A stretch of 38,474 nucleotides of DNA from Octopus bimaculoides. Taxonomy: Eukaryota. Positions 10,546 through 21,690 of this stretch are shown here, in pieces. Under the pieces are notes generated by a model. It had not been told where the DNA came from. It saw only the letters and a program-made list of their open reading frames with translations, and did not search any database. The stretch spans positions 50,089,065 through 50,127,538 of the forward strand of contig NC_068982.1 in assembly GCF_001194135.2 (NCBI RefSeq). Reading direction: 5' to 3'. The first letter of the stretch is position 1; each line of letters starts with the position of its first letter. The translations under genes and the position numbers were made by a program.

Positions 10546-10994
10546 CACACATGTGTGTGTGTGCATACACTGCATTTATAAGATACCTGCTATTTGAAGG
10601 TCAGTTTCTAATATCAGACTGAGGAGAGTATCATTAAGTGAGAAAGTCTACTCACAGATGACAAAGTTGATGTATTGTGTGATAATAACTAATCATATTT
10701 ATCCTTATAACAGCAATACCACATCTCCCCTTATTTTCTTATTGATAGCAAAACAACATCGAATGATATTAGAATACATCCACCTTGCCCTTGCTCTGAC
10801 ATCAGCTTGGATTCCAGCTCTCCATTATTCTCTTAATGTTTCTTGTATCAAACTGAACCAAACTGTTTTAATACTTAGAGAGAGCCACTTTGATAGGTTA
10901 AGTACTCTCTGATTAGTCTGTCTCTTTATTTCCAGTTTTCTTTATTTTATGCTATGATCCTACTGAAATGTTGTTGCTTCTTTTCACTGTATCT

Positions 10995-11180
10995 CTTTCT
11001 CTCTCTGTCTCTATCTGTCTATCTATCTAACCATCTTTCTCTCTATCTAGCTAGCTTTCTATATCTATCTATCTATCTGTCTATCTATTTATCTTTCAAT
11101 ATCTATTTATCTCCTTTTCTATCTTTCAATATTTATCTATCTATTTATTTTTCAATATCTATTTATTTTTCAATATCTAT

Positions 11181-11246
<66 letters not shown>

Positions 11247-11290
11247 CTATCTGTCTATCTATCTATCTATCTCCCTCTCTCTCTCTCTGT
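10995..11290. repeat. (CTAT)n/(CT)n compound microsatellite
   Basis: Directly visible; explains ORF 10954..11313. Confidence 0.95.
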
Positions 11291-11743
11291 TTATATTATA
11301 TTGCTCGCTTTAAAGATTGAGTTGCTGTTTTAGCAGAAGTGCTTTTATATCAGCTTACATCAAGTTGATAGGCCACTGAGTTCATGGTGGCTGCTTTTAT
11401 ACTTTAGTTATAGTTACAATCAACCATTTCATAGTCTAAAGTACATCATCAGAAACCAGCTTGTCTTGTTTATATAAAAGTATCCAGAGAACACTGTCAT
11501 CTTCTTCACGCTCTTTTTTCACTTTTTTTTCACTCGGTTGTAAAACTACTTTGGTTCTTTGAGTTATAATGTCTTTATGAAAAGATATAATGATGGCTGC
11601 CATTGTTATTGTTGTTTAAACCCAAAACACTCTTTCGTTGATTTTAATCCCCAAACACCCTTTTGTTAAACACTCTAGACATGGCCATCATGTCATTGTA
11701 GGTACTGGTTTGGTTCTAATGTGTAGCACCTTGAGTAAGTGTT

Positions 11744-11972
11744 ATTTCTTTACTACCCACAAGGGGCTACACAGAGGGGACAAACAAAGACAGACAACGG
11801 GATTAAGTCGATTATATCGACCCCAGTGCATAACTGGTACTTATTTAATCGACCCCGAAAGGATGAAAGGTAAAGTCGACCTCGGCGGAATTTGAACTCA
11901 GAACGTAGCGGCAGATGAAATACCGCTAAGCATTTCGCCTGGCGTGCTAATGTTTCTGCCAGCTCGCCACCT
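11744..11972 (-). mobile_element. SINE family C (young copy)
   Basis: Near-identical to 10001-10229. Confidence 0.9.
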
Positions 11973-12037
11973 TGAGCAAGTGTGTTCTTCCATAGTCTCA
12001 AATCAGTCAGTATCTTCATCATCATTTTTAACATCAT

Positions 12038-12482
12038 CACAATCATGAAGTAGTGAATTCGATTCCTGAGCTGGGCTGTGTGTTGTGTTCTTGAGCAAAA
12101 CACTTTACTTCATGTTGCTCCAATTCACTCAGCTGTAAAAATGAGTTGCAACATCATTGGTGCCAAGTTGTATCAGCCTTTGCCTTTCCCTTGGATAACA
12201 TTGATGGCTTGGAGAGGGGAGGCAGGTATGCATGGGCATCTACTGATCTTCCAGAAACTACCTTGCCTGAGCTTATACTTCAGAGGGTAACTTTTTAGGT
12301 GCAAGCTCATGGTCATTCATGATGTAAGGGGATCTAAGTACATATAATAGCATGGAGAGGGGAGGCTGGTATGCATGGGCAATTGTTTGTCTTCCACAAA
12401 CAACCTTGCTCATACTTGTGCCTCTGAAGGGAACTTTCTTGGTGTAATCCCATGGTCGTTCATGACAGAAGAGGGTCTTTTA
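12038..12482 (+). mobile_element. SINE family D with a duplicated 3' segment
   Basis: TTCGATTCCTG B-box, GTGTTCTTGAGCAAAACACTTTAC...CACTCAGCTGTAAAAATGAG CORE-like segment; GGAGAGGGGAGG...CATGGTC(A/G)TTCATGA repeated at 12211 and 12354. Confidence 0.65.
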
Positions 12483-12729
12483 CCCTTTACATTGAATATT
12501 ATAATATTAGTTGAACTTTGTTTGAAAAATAGAACAGATTGTCATGGCTGGGTTGCCATTGACTATTGATCTTCTTAACCAGGGCTATCTTGAAGCTAAA
12601 CAACACCCAGATGTTTCATAGCATTATTAAACAATTAACTGGTTAAGTTCATCTTCTATAAACACTTCGCCAGGGTCTTTCCATTTTTACTGCTTTGTTT
12701 TTCCTTGTTAGCACAATATTTTTGTTGAA

Positions 12730-12939
12730 ACTGTATTTTCTGGCATGCTAGTCACTAGTGCTAGTCATCTTAATATATAGTGTAAACATGTGTAAACATT
12801 CAAACATCATCACTGTCTTCCTGCTTTATTTGACATGGAATTTTTGGTCCTCCAAAATTATCTTACTATATGGTGACCTACCATTTTTGGCTGCAAATCT
12901 TAGTCTGAAAACTTCAACTTACATGCTGGAAAATATGGT
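12730..12939. mobile_element. MITE with Tc2-like (Tc1/mariner superfamily) terminal inverted repeats
   Basis: Left ACTGTATTTTCTGGCATG; right end reverse-complements to ACCATATTTTCCAGCATG; a second right end lies at 13230-13274. Tc2-type TIRs begin CCGTA (from memory). Confidence 0.55.
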
Positions 12940-13377
12940 GATTTCAAGTGCTTGAAGTGGATTTTTCTTTCTTACCTTTTTTTTTTTTTTTTGTGTGTGT
13001 GTGTTTGTGTGTGAGAAAGTCAGATTGAGTGAGAGAATACCAGACTTTAATATGTTTGGTTCATGTATATTTGGTTAAAAAACAATCTATATATAGTAGA
13101 CAGTGTTGCCAATCCTTTAGTTAGAAATCATTAAACTTTTTTGGTACCTATCCCACCTACCTTTGGTTCAATTTATGAAGAGCTCACATTTTTAAGTGTT
13201 CATATTTAACCCTTATTCTTTCGGCTGTAAATTTTGGTCTAAAAAATTCAACTTGTATGCTAGAAAATATGGTAGGTAGCTTGTAAAAACACTAGCCAGG
13301 GATGGCCAGCTGCTTGATCACTTGATCTGCTAAATCTGCCTTTAGTTACACCCCACTGTTTAAAATAAAATGTGAAG

Positions 13378-13625
13378 ATGCATAGCCAAGTGGTTAGGGT
13401 GTTGTACTCATAATTGCAAGATCATGGTTTCAGTTTCTAGACCCGGTGGTGCACTGTGTTCTTGAACAAAACATTTGGTTTCACATTGCTCTGTGATCAC
13501 TTGGACAACTGACATATGTCATAATGTGCACCTGTACAGGTAATGTCAATTTAATGGACACAGCACAAACATTTGATCACTTTAGACAAACTATCTGTGC
13601 AGGTTGTTCAGCATGAAATTGCAGA
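13378..13625 (+). mobile_element. SINE family D
   Basis: CATAGCCAAGTGGTTAGGGTG A-box, GGTTTCAGTTTC B-box-like, GTGTTCTTGAACAAAACA. Confidence 0.65.
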
Positions 13626-13659
13626 ACCATCATTTTTTGCTTACAATAAGAGAGTTCAC

Positions 13660-14210
13660 ATCATCATCATCATCACCATCAACATTTAATGTCTGCTTTC
13701 CATGCTGGCATGAGTTGGGTGGCTTGACAGGAACTGGCAAGGCCAGGACCACACAAGGCTCCATAATCTGTATTGGCTTGGTTTCTACTGCTGATTTCCC
13801 TTCCTAACACCAACCACTTTACAGTGTGTACTGGGTGTTTTTTACATGACACCATCTCCGATGCTTCTTACATGGTACCAGTACCAGTGCTTTTTATGTG
13901 GTACCAGCACTGGTGCTTTTTATGTAGCACCAGTATCAGTGCTTTTTACATAGGACTAGCCCCAGTGTGTTTTACGTAGCACCAGTGCTTTTTATGTGGC
14001 ACCAACACCAGTGTTTTTCATGTGGTGCCATCACCAGTGCGTTTTACTTGGCACCAGTACTAGTGCTTTTTACATAGAACTAACACCAGTGCTTTTCATG
14101 TGGCACCACCACCAGTGCTTTCCATGGGACTAGCACCTGTGCTTTTTACATGGCACCCACACCAATGCTTTTACCTTGGTGTGGGTGCTGGTTCCATGTA
14201 AAAAAAGCGC
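13660..14210 (-). mobile_element. RTE 3'UTR copy carrying an expanded 26-bp minisatellite
   Basis: (CAT)n-TTTAATGTCTGCTTTCCATGCTGGCATG tail, then about 14 units of GTGCTTTTTAYRTGGCACCAGCACCA at 13835-14180. Confidence 0.85.
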
Positions 14211-14750
14211 TATTCATATGAAGATGTGAAATGTTACCATTCACAACAGGCTTCCATACAGTTTCCATTTTCCAATTCCACTCATGACACATTGGTCAGC
14301 CCTAAGCCCTCAGCTGTAGTAGTAGAAGGCACTCTCCCAAACTGACACGCTATACAATGGGATCTGAAATCACCTGAATACCAAATGAACTGTATGTTCA
14401 CACCGCCATGCTTGTATCTATTGCTATTATTTATTATATATTTTTTAACACTTTATATATTATATCATAAAAGTTGTGTTTTTTTCACACAAATAAGCTT
14501 CACTTACTATGTTATCATATTCCATGCATGCATGCATGCAAATCTCTGTTTCTCTCTGTTGGAATGGAATTCATTTCCTCACCACCACTACCATCAAATG
14601 CTGTAAATGATCGGCTATCATTTCTCAACAATTCTTCAGAAAAGAAGGTGAATAATGGAAAATAATAATAATACTAATGATGATGATAATAATAACAATA
14701 ATAAATAATAATATTAATAATAATAGTAGTAATGGTAATAGCAATAATAA

Positions 14751-15030
14751 TTTCTTTTATTTGCCACCAGGATGACGGATGAGGGAAAACAGTACAAAGA
14801 AAGGATATAGAGTGTGGGTGGGGATTTATAAAAAGAACAGAATAATGAAAAGTGAAAATGAAAGTGTATATCAATAATAATAATGGTAATAATAATAATC
14901 ATGATGATAATGATTTCTTTTATTTGCCACCAGGGTGACGAATGAGGGAAAACAATACAAAGACGGACATAAATGTGATGGGGTGCTTACATGGAATGGA
15001 ATGATGAAAATTAAAAGTAAAAAATAGATG
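14751..15030 (-). repeat. Two tandem copies (period about 163 bp) of a retroposon-like 3' end with AATAAA and (TTA)n tail
   Basis: TTTCTTTTATTTGCCACCAGG(A/G)TGACG(G/A)ATGAGGGAAAACA at 14751 and 14914, each preceded by (AAT)n. Confidence 0.65.
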
Positions 15031-15032
15031 TA

Positions 15033-15089
<57 letters not shown>

Positions 15090-15864
15090 NNNNNNNNNNN
15101 NNNNNNNNNNNNNNNNNNNNNNNNNNNNNNNNNNNNNNNNNNNNNNNNNNNNNNNNNNNNNNNNNNNNNNNNNNNNNNNNNNNNNNNNNNNNNNNNNNNN
15201 NNNNNNNNNNNNNNNNNNNNNNNNNNNNNNNNNNNNNNNNNNNNNNNNNNNNNNNNNNNNNNNNNNNNNNNNNNNNNNNNNNNNNNNNNNNNNNNNNNNN
15301 NNNNNNNNNNNNNNNNNNNNNNNNNNNNNNNNNNNNNNNNNNNNNNNNNNNNNNNNNNNNNNNNNNNNNNNNNNNNNNNNNNNNNNNNNNNNNNNNNNNN
15401 NNNNNNNNNNNNNNNNNNNNNNNNNNNNNNNNNNNNNNNNNNNNNNNNNNNNNNNNNNNNNNNNNNNNNNNNNNNNNNNNNNNNNNNNNNNNNNNNNNNN
15501 NNNNNNNNNNNNNNNNNNNNNNNNNNNNNNNNNNNNNNNNNNNNNNNNNNNNNNNNNNNNNNNNNNNNNNNNNNNNNNNNNNNNNNNNNNNNNNNNNNNN
15601 NNNNNNNNNNNNNNNNNNNNNNNNNNNNNNNNNNNNNNNNNNNNNNNNNNNNNNNNNNNNNNNNNNNNNNNNNNNNNNNNNNNNNNNNNNNNNNNNNNNN
15701 NNNNNNNNNNNNNNNNNNGTGTGTATGTGTGTCTATATATATATATATATAGACACACATACACACACTCCTTATATATATATATATATATATCCTGTAT
15801 GTATGTTATAGCATTCATATCAGTCGCTTCTTCTCCACACATGTACATGAAAATGAAGACTTAC

Positions 15865-15891
15865 ATGATCAACAGAATCACATGTGGAAAC
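15865..15891 (-). CDS. Candidate 27-nt microexon (VSTCDSVDH or xFPHVILLI)
   Basis: Minus strand TATCTTTTGCAG|GTTTCCACATGTGATTCTGTTGATCAT|GTAAGT; consensus splice sites, length divisible by 3. Confidence 0.25.
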
Positions 15892-16475
15892 CTGCAAAAG
15901 ATACATATTTCTTTGTTATTTTATACGTTTTTCATCAAGTTTTTTTTTTTTTTTACTGTTTGATTGTATGTTTATGTAAGCCATATATTCATGTATACAT
16001 ACATACATACACACATACATACATACATACTTCTGTATGTGTGTTGCTTTCCTGTTTCAAACCCACAAATGCAGATAGGAAAACTGCAAACAAACATGTT
16101 TTCCAATAGACAATTTCTTATACATTCATTATTCATACATACAGGATCATGTACAGATATTCACACCTAGCCAAGCATATTTGGGGGCCATCAACAGAAT
16201 GTGTACTGTCTTCAATATTATATGTATATATATGTAAATCCAATTATATCTCCTAGCTTATGTCTTCTTTGTGTATGTGTGAGCATGCATGAATTTATAT
16301 TTTATGCTTGTCTATATTCATATGTATCTATGCATTTGTATGTATATGTGTATATGTGGGTTTGTATATATCCCTAATATGTATGTGTTTGGATATGAAT
16401 ACGTATGTATGTATGTGTGTGTGCATATATATATATACATATGTGCATGTGTGTATGGATATGAATGCATATGAA

Positions 16476-16515
<40 letters not shown>

Positions 16516-16602
16516 ACATATTGTCACTGTCATGTACACAAGTGTTTATACAAACACTCACATGCAAACACATGCATGCATTCATCACATATACACATGC
16601 AG

Positions 16603-16637
<35 letters not shown>

Positions 16638-17043
16638 ACTTTATACATACGTACAGCAAGCAAGGATTACTGAAGAATAAGAATAAACCAGGAGAAAATT
16701 GGAATGGAATCAAAATGGGTACAAAACAGTGAGAGATAGAGAGAGAGAGAGAGCTGACATGTTATTTGCAGATGACAAGCTTCTTGGCAGATAGCAGAGA
16801 ATAGGGAGCTGCTGGAATTATGACATTCTGTACTGTTGTTGGCTTCCAATTAAATTTTTGAGACCTTCAAATGTCGCATTTGACATTGTGCTGCGTGATT
16901 CTCTCATTTTCTGCATGAGTCACAACAATGCTGGCTGTGTTGTTGTTGTTACCATGATGATGATCATCATCAACATTGTCATCATTATCATCATCAGCAT
17001 CATTATCATCATTATTTTCTGTATTTACTTACAGCTCTTTACA

Positions 17044-17671
17044 TTCTAACTACAGATCCTGCTGAGTTCACCTTTACCTTTCATCCTTCCAGGGTGTCGA
17101 TAAAATAACATTGCTAATCAAGTACTAGAATTGATTTGACTAATTCCCCATCCTACCCCCTGATAAATTTCGAGGTTTTGTGCCCTATGTTAGGAATAAT
17201 TAAAAACGGGCAGTAGATTAGAAGAATCAGTAGAGCATTGAACAAAATACCTTGCAGTATTTTATTAACAGCTTTTTAGACTCTGAGTTCAAATCCTGCT
17301 ATGGTCAATTTCACCTTTCATCCTTTCAAGATCAATAAAATTAAGAACTAGTCAAGTGGAGGGGTCAGTTTATTCAGTTGGTCTCTCTCACTGAAAGTAG
17401 AGGCCTTGTGTCTGTGTCAGAAACAATTGTAAAGGGCAGTGATTTAGCTGAATCCCTAGAGAATCAGAAAAAGTACCTTGTGATACTTCCTTGACTCCAT
17501 TATGTTCCAGGTTCAATTCCTGCCATGGTCAGTTTTACCTTTCATCCTTCCAGGGCTGATAAAATAAAGTATCAGTTTAGTACTGGAGTCAATGCACTTC
17601 TCCTTCTCTCCCTCAAAATTGCTGGCCTTGTGCCTAAACCAGAAACTGTTGTTGTTGTTGTTGCTGCTGCT

Positions 17672-17702
<31 letters not shown>

Positions 17703-17905
17703 TTGTTGTTGTTGTTGTTGTTGTTGTTAAGACAATGAGTTGGCAGAATCATTAGCACGCTGGCAAAATGCTTAGTAACATTTCTTTGAGCTTTATTTTC
17801 TGAGTTCAAATTCCATTGAGGTTAACTTTGCCTTTCTTCCTTTTGAGGTCAATAACATAATTCTAGCTGAGCACTGGGGTTAATATAATCAACTTAGCCC
17901 TGCCT
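17044..17905 (+). mobile_element. Cluster of four diverged head-to-tail SINE family C copies with a (GTT/GCT)n tract
   Basis: CTTT(A/G)CCTTTCATCCTT core at about 17072, 17310, 17535 and 17827; microsatellite at 17646-17727. Confidence 0.75.
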
Positions 17906-18091
17906 CCAAAACACAACTCACCCACCTGTTTCACCTGCCCATGACCTTACAGAGTCCTCTCCACCACACTAAATCACTACCTACTGGCAAATACATAGGG
18001 CTCATACATTAAGTGTCTGCGGTCAATAATGTTTATTATACTAGTACAGCTTCTGTTTCACATTTCAAAATATATATATATATATATATTT

Positions 18092-18118
18092 CTGACAAAG
18101 AGCTGGGCTCGAAATGTC
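18092..18118 (+). ncRNA. Decayed minimal hammerhead-like motif (Penelope type)
   Basis: CTGACAA-A-GAGC-TGG-GCTC-GAAA-TGTC; two CpG-type reversions give CTGACGA-A-GAGC/GCTC-GAAACGTC. Confidence 0.35.
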
Positions 18119-18346
18119 AAAAACTCTCTCTTCTTACCGACCATCAAACTATGCCTGTCCTCTTGTTGCTTGTTATTGTTATTTTTAATGTTTGTTCATT
18201 TGATTTGACTATATATATCGCTCAGTCATTGCTTGAATCCGCTGCATCATATAACAGAGACAGCTGTAAGCTAATTTATCATCCCATTTTCTTATATGAT
18301 ATATATATATATATATATATATATGATGAGCTTCTTTCAGTTTCCA

Positions 18347-18870
18347 TGTACATGGCTTGCACAGCTCTCTATCCCTAGTTTCCTCATTGACCACCAGATA
18401 AGGGATCGGGGTCTTTGTCAAAGGCTTTCTCCATGTCAACGAAAGCCAGGTACAGAGGTTTATCGTTGACTAGGTATTTCTCTTTCAGCTGTCTTACCAG
18501 AAATGTAACATCAGTGGTGCTTTTCCCTGGCACAAACCCAAACTACATCTCATCTAGACTGACTCTCTCCCTAATTAGTTGGGCTATGATCTTCTCCATG
18601 ACCTTCATTGCCTGATCCAACAACTTGCTACCTCTTTAATTATTTGTATCTAAAGCATCACCTTTACCTTTGTAGCAGTTGACTATGGTGCTGCTACACG
18701 AGTCATTGGGTATGACTCCTTCATGTATCACCTGGTTAACTATACGGGTGATTAGGCTATAGCCGACACCGCCAGATATTTTGAGCATCTCTGCAGTGAT
18801 TCCTGGTGGGTCGGGGGGCTTTCCCTGTCTTCATATCCTTAATTGCTTTTTCTACCAAGGTACTGTCAAT
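18347..18870 (-). pseudogene. RTE-clade LINE reverse-transcriptase N-terminal fragment (stops and frameshifts)
   Basis: Reads IDSTLVEKAIKDMKTGKAP...AEMLKISGGVGYSLITRIVNQV...STIVNCYKGKGDAL...KLLDQAMKVMEK...FGFVPGKSTTD...RQLKEKY...PLYLAFVDMEKAFD...RAVQAMY; the FGF and FVDxEKAFD motifs are typical of non-LTR RT. Confidence 0.92.
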
Positions 18871-19568
18871 GTGGCTGGGAAACAAGCTTCTTACCACATT
18901 TATGTTCATGTGATATAAAAGCTGGAGCAATTTATATTAGTGTCCCTTTACGTCTCAGAACTTAACAGTCCAACAAATAAAGATCGATAAATTAAGGGCC
19001 AGCCTGGTATAAGTACAGGGTAGCAGGGGTGGCGATGCGGTTGACTACACCTTTCAAGACAGTGTATTAGCATGGTCACAGTCCAATGACTGAAACCCTG
19101 CAAGAGAATAGAATATATGTGTAATTTTTTTTTTTTTTTTTTTTTTTTCTGCTTTCAAATATTCCAAGCATTTGATTGTGAGTATCTGTATCCATGTGTA
19201 TTTCATTCTGCTAACTGTTTATATACACCCTTTCTTAAATATAAACACTGATTTGTCAGTTTACATAAGTCATTTGATGGCAGAAATGAGAAAAATCTTG
19301 AATTTTCAATTTAGCTCTTGATAGCAAGATACTCGTGTTGTTTATGCTCTCTGCTTAACTCATACCCATTCTCTATTGTACTCTTTCATTCATTCTTTTT
19401 AAAGAACTGTGTTCATTTGTTTTTAACTAGTGATTTATGATAATAACTGCTCATCAGGATCATCGTCAGCATCATCTCTCTTTCTTTCTCTCTCTCTCTC
19501 TCTCCTCTCTCTCTTTTCTTCTTTTGGAAGTGAGCAGGGAGTAAAGATATTTCTACAGAAGCTCTAAT

Positions 19569-19626
<58 letters not shown>

Positions 19627-19643
19627 NNNNNNNNNNATATTTA

Positions 19644-20050
19644 TACTTTTACTTGTCTCAGTCATTTGATTGCAGCCATGCTGGAGCACCGCCTTGAAGG
19701 GTTTTAGTTGAACAAATTGACCCCAGGGTTTATTTTTGTTTTTTTAAGTCATAGTACTTATTTTATTGGGCTTTTTTACCGAACTGCTAAGTTAGGGAAT
19801 GTAACCACACCAACACTGGTTGTCAAGCAGTGATGGTGGCAGCAAACACACACACAAAGGTATATACATACATACACACACAAACACACACACACACACA
19901 CACACACACAACAGGCTTCTCTACTTTCTGTCTACCAAATTCACTCACAAGGCTTTAGTAGAAGACACTTGCCCAAGGTGCCACATACTGGGACTGAACT
20001 CAGAATCATGTGGTTGGGAAGAAGATTCTTGCCACACAGCCATGCCTATA
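19644..20050 (-). mobile_element. SINE family A, complete
   Basis: 3' module, (CA)n centre and head all present. Confidence 0.85.
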
Positions 20051-20096
20051 TGCATGCATACACATATATGGTAGGGGTGTATATATGTATGTCTAT

Positions 20097-20490
20097 ACTC
20101 TCTTTTCTTTTACTCTTTTACTTGTTTCAGTCACTTGACTGTGGCCATGCTGGAGCACTGCCTTTAGTCGAGCAAATCGACCCCAGGACTTATTCTATCG
20201 GGCTCTTTGCCGAATCGCTAAGTTACGGGGACGTAAACACACCAGCATCGGTTGTCAAGCGATGTTGGGGGGGACAAACACACACACTCAAACATATACA
20301 CACACACACATATATATATCTATACATATATACAATGGGCTTCTTCCAGTTTTCGTCTATCAAATCCACTCACAAGGCTTTAGTCGGCCTGAGGCTATAG
20401 TAGAAGACACTTGCCCAATGTACCATGCAGTGGGACTGAACCTGGAACCATGTGGTTGGGAAGCAAGCTTCTTACCACAGCCACGCCTAC
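20097..20490 (-). mobile_element. SINE family A, complete and relatively young
   Basis: CTTTTACTCTTTTACTTGTTTCAGTC...GACCCCAGGACTTATTC...GCAAGCTTCTTACCACAGCCAC. Confidence 0.9.
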
Positions 20491-20491
20491 G

Positions 20492-20718
20492 CTTTTCACT
20501 TGTTTCACTCATTGGACTGCAACAGTGCTAAGCCAGTGCCTTGAAGGGTTTACTCAAACAAAGCAACTCCAATATTTATTTGCTTTATGTCTGATACGAT
20601 GGACTTCCACACAGTTTCCATTTACCAAGTACATTCACAAGGCATTGGTCCACCCGAGTCTCTATTAGAAGACACTTGCGCAAGATGCCATGCAGTGGGA
20701 CTGGATCCAAATATATGT
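20492..20718 (-). mobile_element. SINE family A, degenerate and internally deleted
   Basis: TTTTCACTTGTTTCACTC...GAAGACACTTGCGCAAGATGCCATGCAGTGGGACTG. Confidence 0.7.
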
Positions 20719-20828
20719 TCAGTTCCGCTCTGCATAGCTTGTATAATAAAATTATGAATAAACCATATATACTGGTGTATAAGTCGTGCTTTCTTTAATT
20801 CTTAAACGTCACAACAAAACTGCCCTGT

Positions 20829-21140
20829 GCCAAAAGCACCCAGGACACTGTAAAACTGTTGGCGTTAGGAAGGGAATCTAGCCATAGAAAACAAGAAAAA
20901 ACAGACTATGAAACCTGGTGCAGCCCCTGGCCTTGCCAGTTCTGGAATGAAGTCATCCAATCCATAAATAGACATTAAATGATGATGGTGGTGGTGGTGG
21001 TGGTGGCGGTGGTGATGTATAAAGTCGACTTTACCTTTCATCTTTTCAGGGTTGATAAGGTAAGTACCAGTCAAATTGTGGGGTTCAATGTAATTGATTT
21101 GCCCCCTCCCATCAAAATTGTAGGCCTTGTGCCAAAATTA
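20829..21140 (+). mobile_element. RTE 3'UTR remnant followed by a SINE family C core
   Basis: AAAAGCACCC...GGCGTTAGGAAGGG...TTAAATGATGATGG, then GTCGACTTTACCTTTCATCTTTTCAGGG at 21025. Confidence 0.7.
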
Positions 21141-21690
21141 GCAATAATTATTGGTTTATATTAAATTCGAACTATCAAAATGTCATGTCATATATACATG
21201 GTGATTATCAATAGTACCATTGCCAGCAGTTGCAAGGATTCGTTCCGAAGATAAAGTCTTATTATTAACAAGTAAGTCTTAGGTATTAACCTAATTCTAG
21301 CATTGATGGGAGCTTTCATAACATATATGGTATCTTTGGTAATAGCTTTAAATTTGTTTTATGTCAGTGAGACATACATATGTATCAAATTTGTGTGTAT
21401 GTGTATATATGTATATATATGTTCGCGCACACACACACACACATGTATCTATCTGTATGTGTGTGTGTGTATGTGTATGTACATATATATATATATATAT
21501 ATATATANNNNNNNNNNNNNNNNNNNNNNNNNNNNNNNNNNNNNNNNNNNNNNNNNNNNNNNNNNNNNNNNNNNNNNNNNNNNNNNNNNNNNNNNNNNNN
21601 NNNNNNNCAGAAACTGAAAGAAACCTGCTGTATCTGTGTAAGTACATACACATATTCAAGTGTATGTGCATACATTTGTCTGTGTGTGTT

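Noticed and set aside
10085-10575. ORFs containing AKCLAVFRLPLRSEFKFRRGRL / QPRKDERQSRPRRNLN seen three times
   Set aside because: Chance open frames in young family C SINE copies.
10619-10648. CTGAGGA...GAAAGTC hammerhead-like string
   Set aside because: Stem II cannot form and stem I is absent.
13835-14180. CRISPR-like regular array
   Set aside because: Units are adjacent without unique spacers, derive from an RTE UTR motif, and the context is eukaryotic with no cas genes.
14751-14770. Acceptor-like TTTCTTTTATTTGCCACCAG occurring twice
   Set aside because: It is the reverse complement of a poly(A)-signal-bearing repeat end; no matching donor or coding frame.
17646-17727. Poly-Q/N or poly-A/V coding repeat
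   Set aside because: A microsatellite wedged between two SINE C copies, with no splice or coding context.
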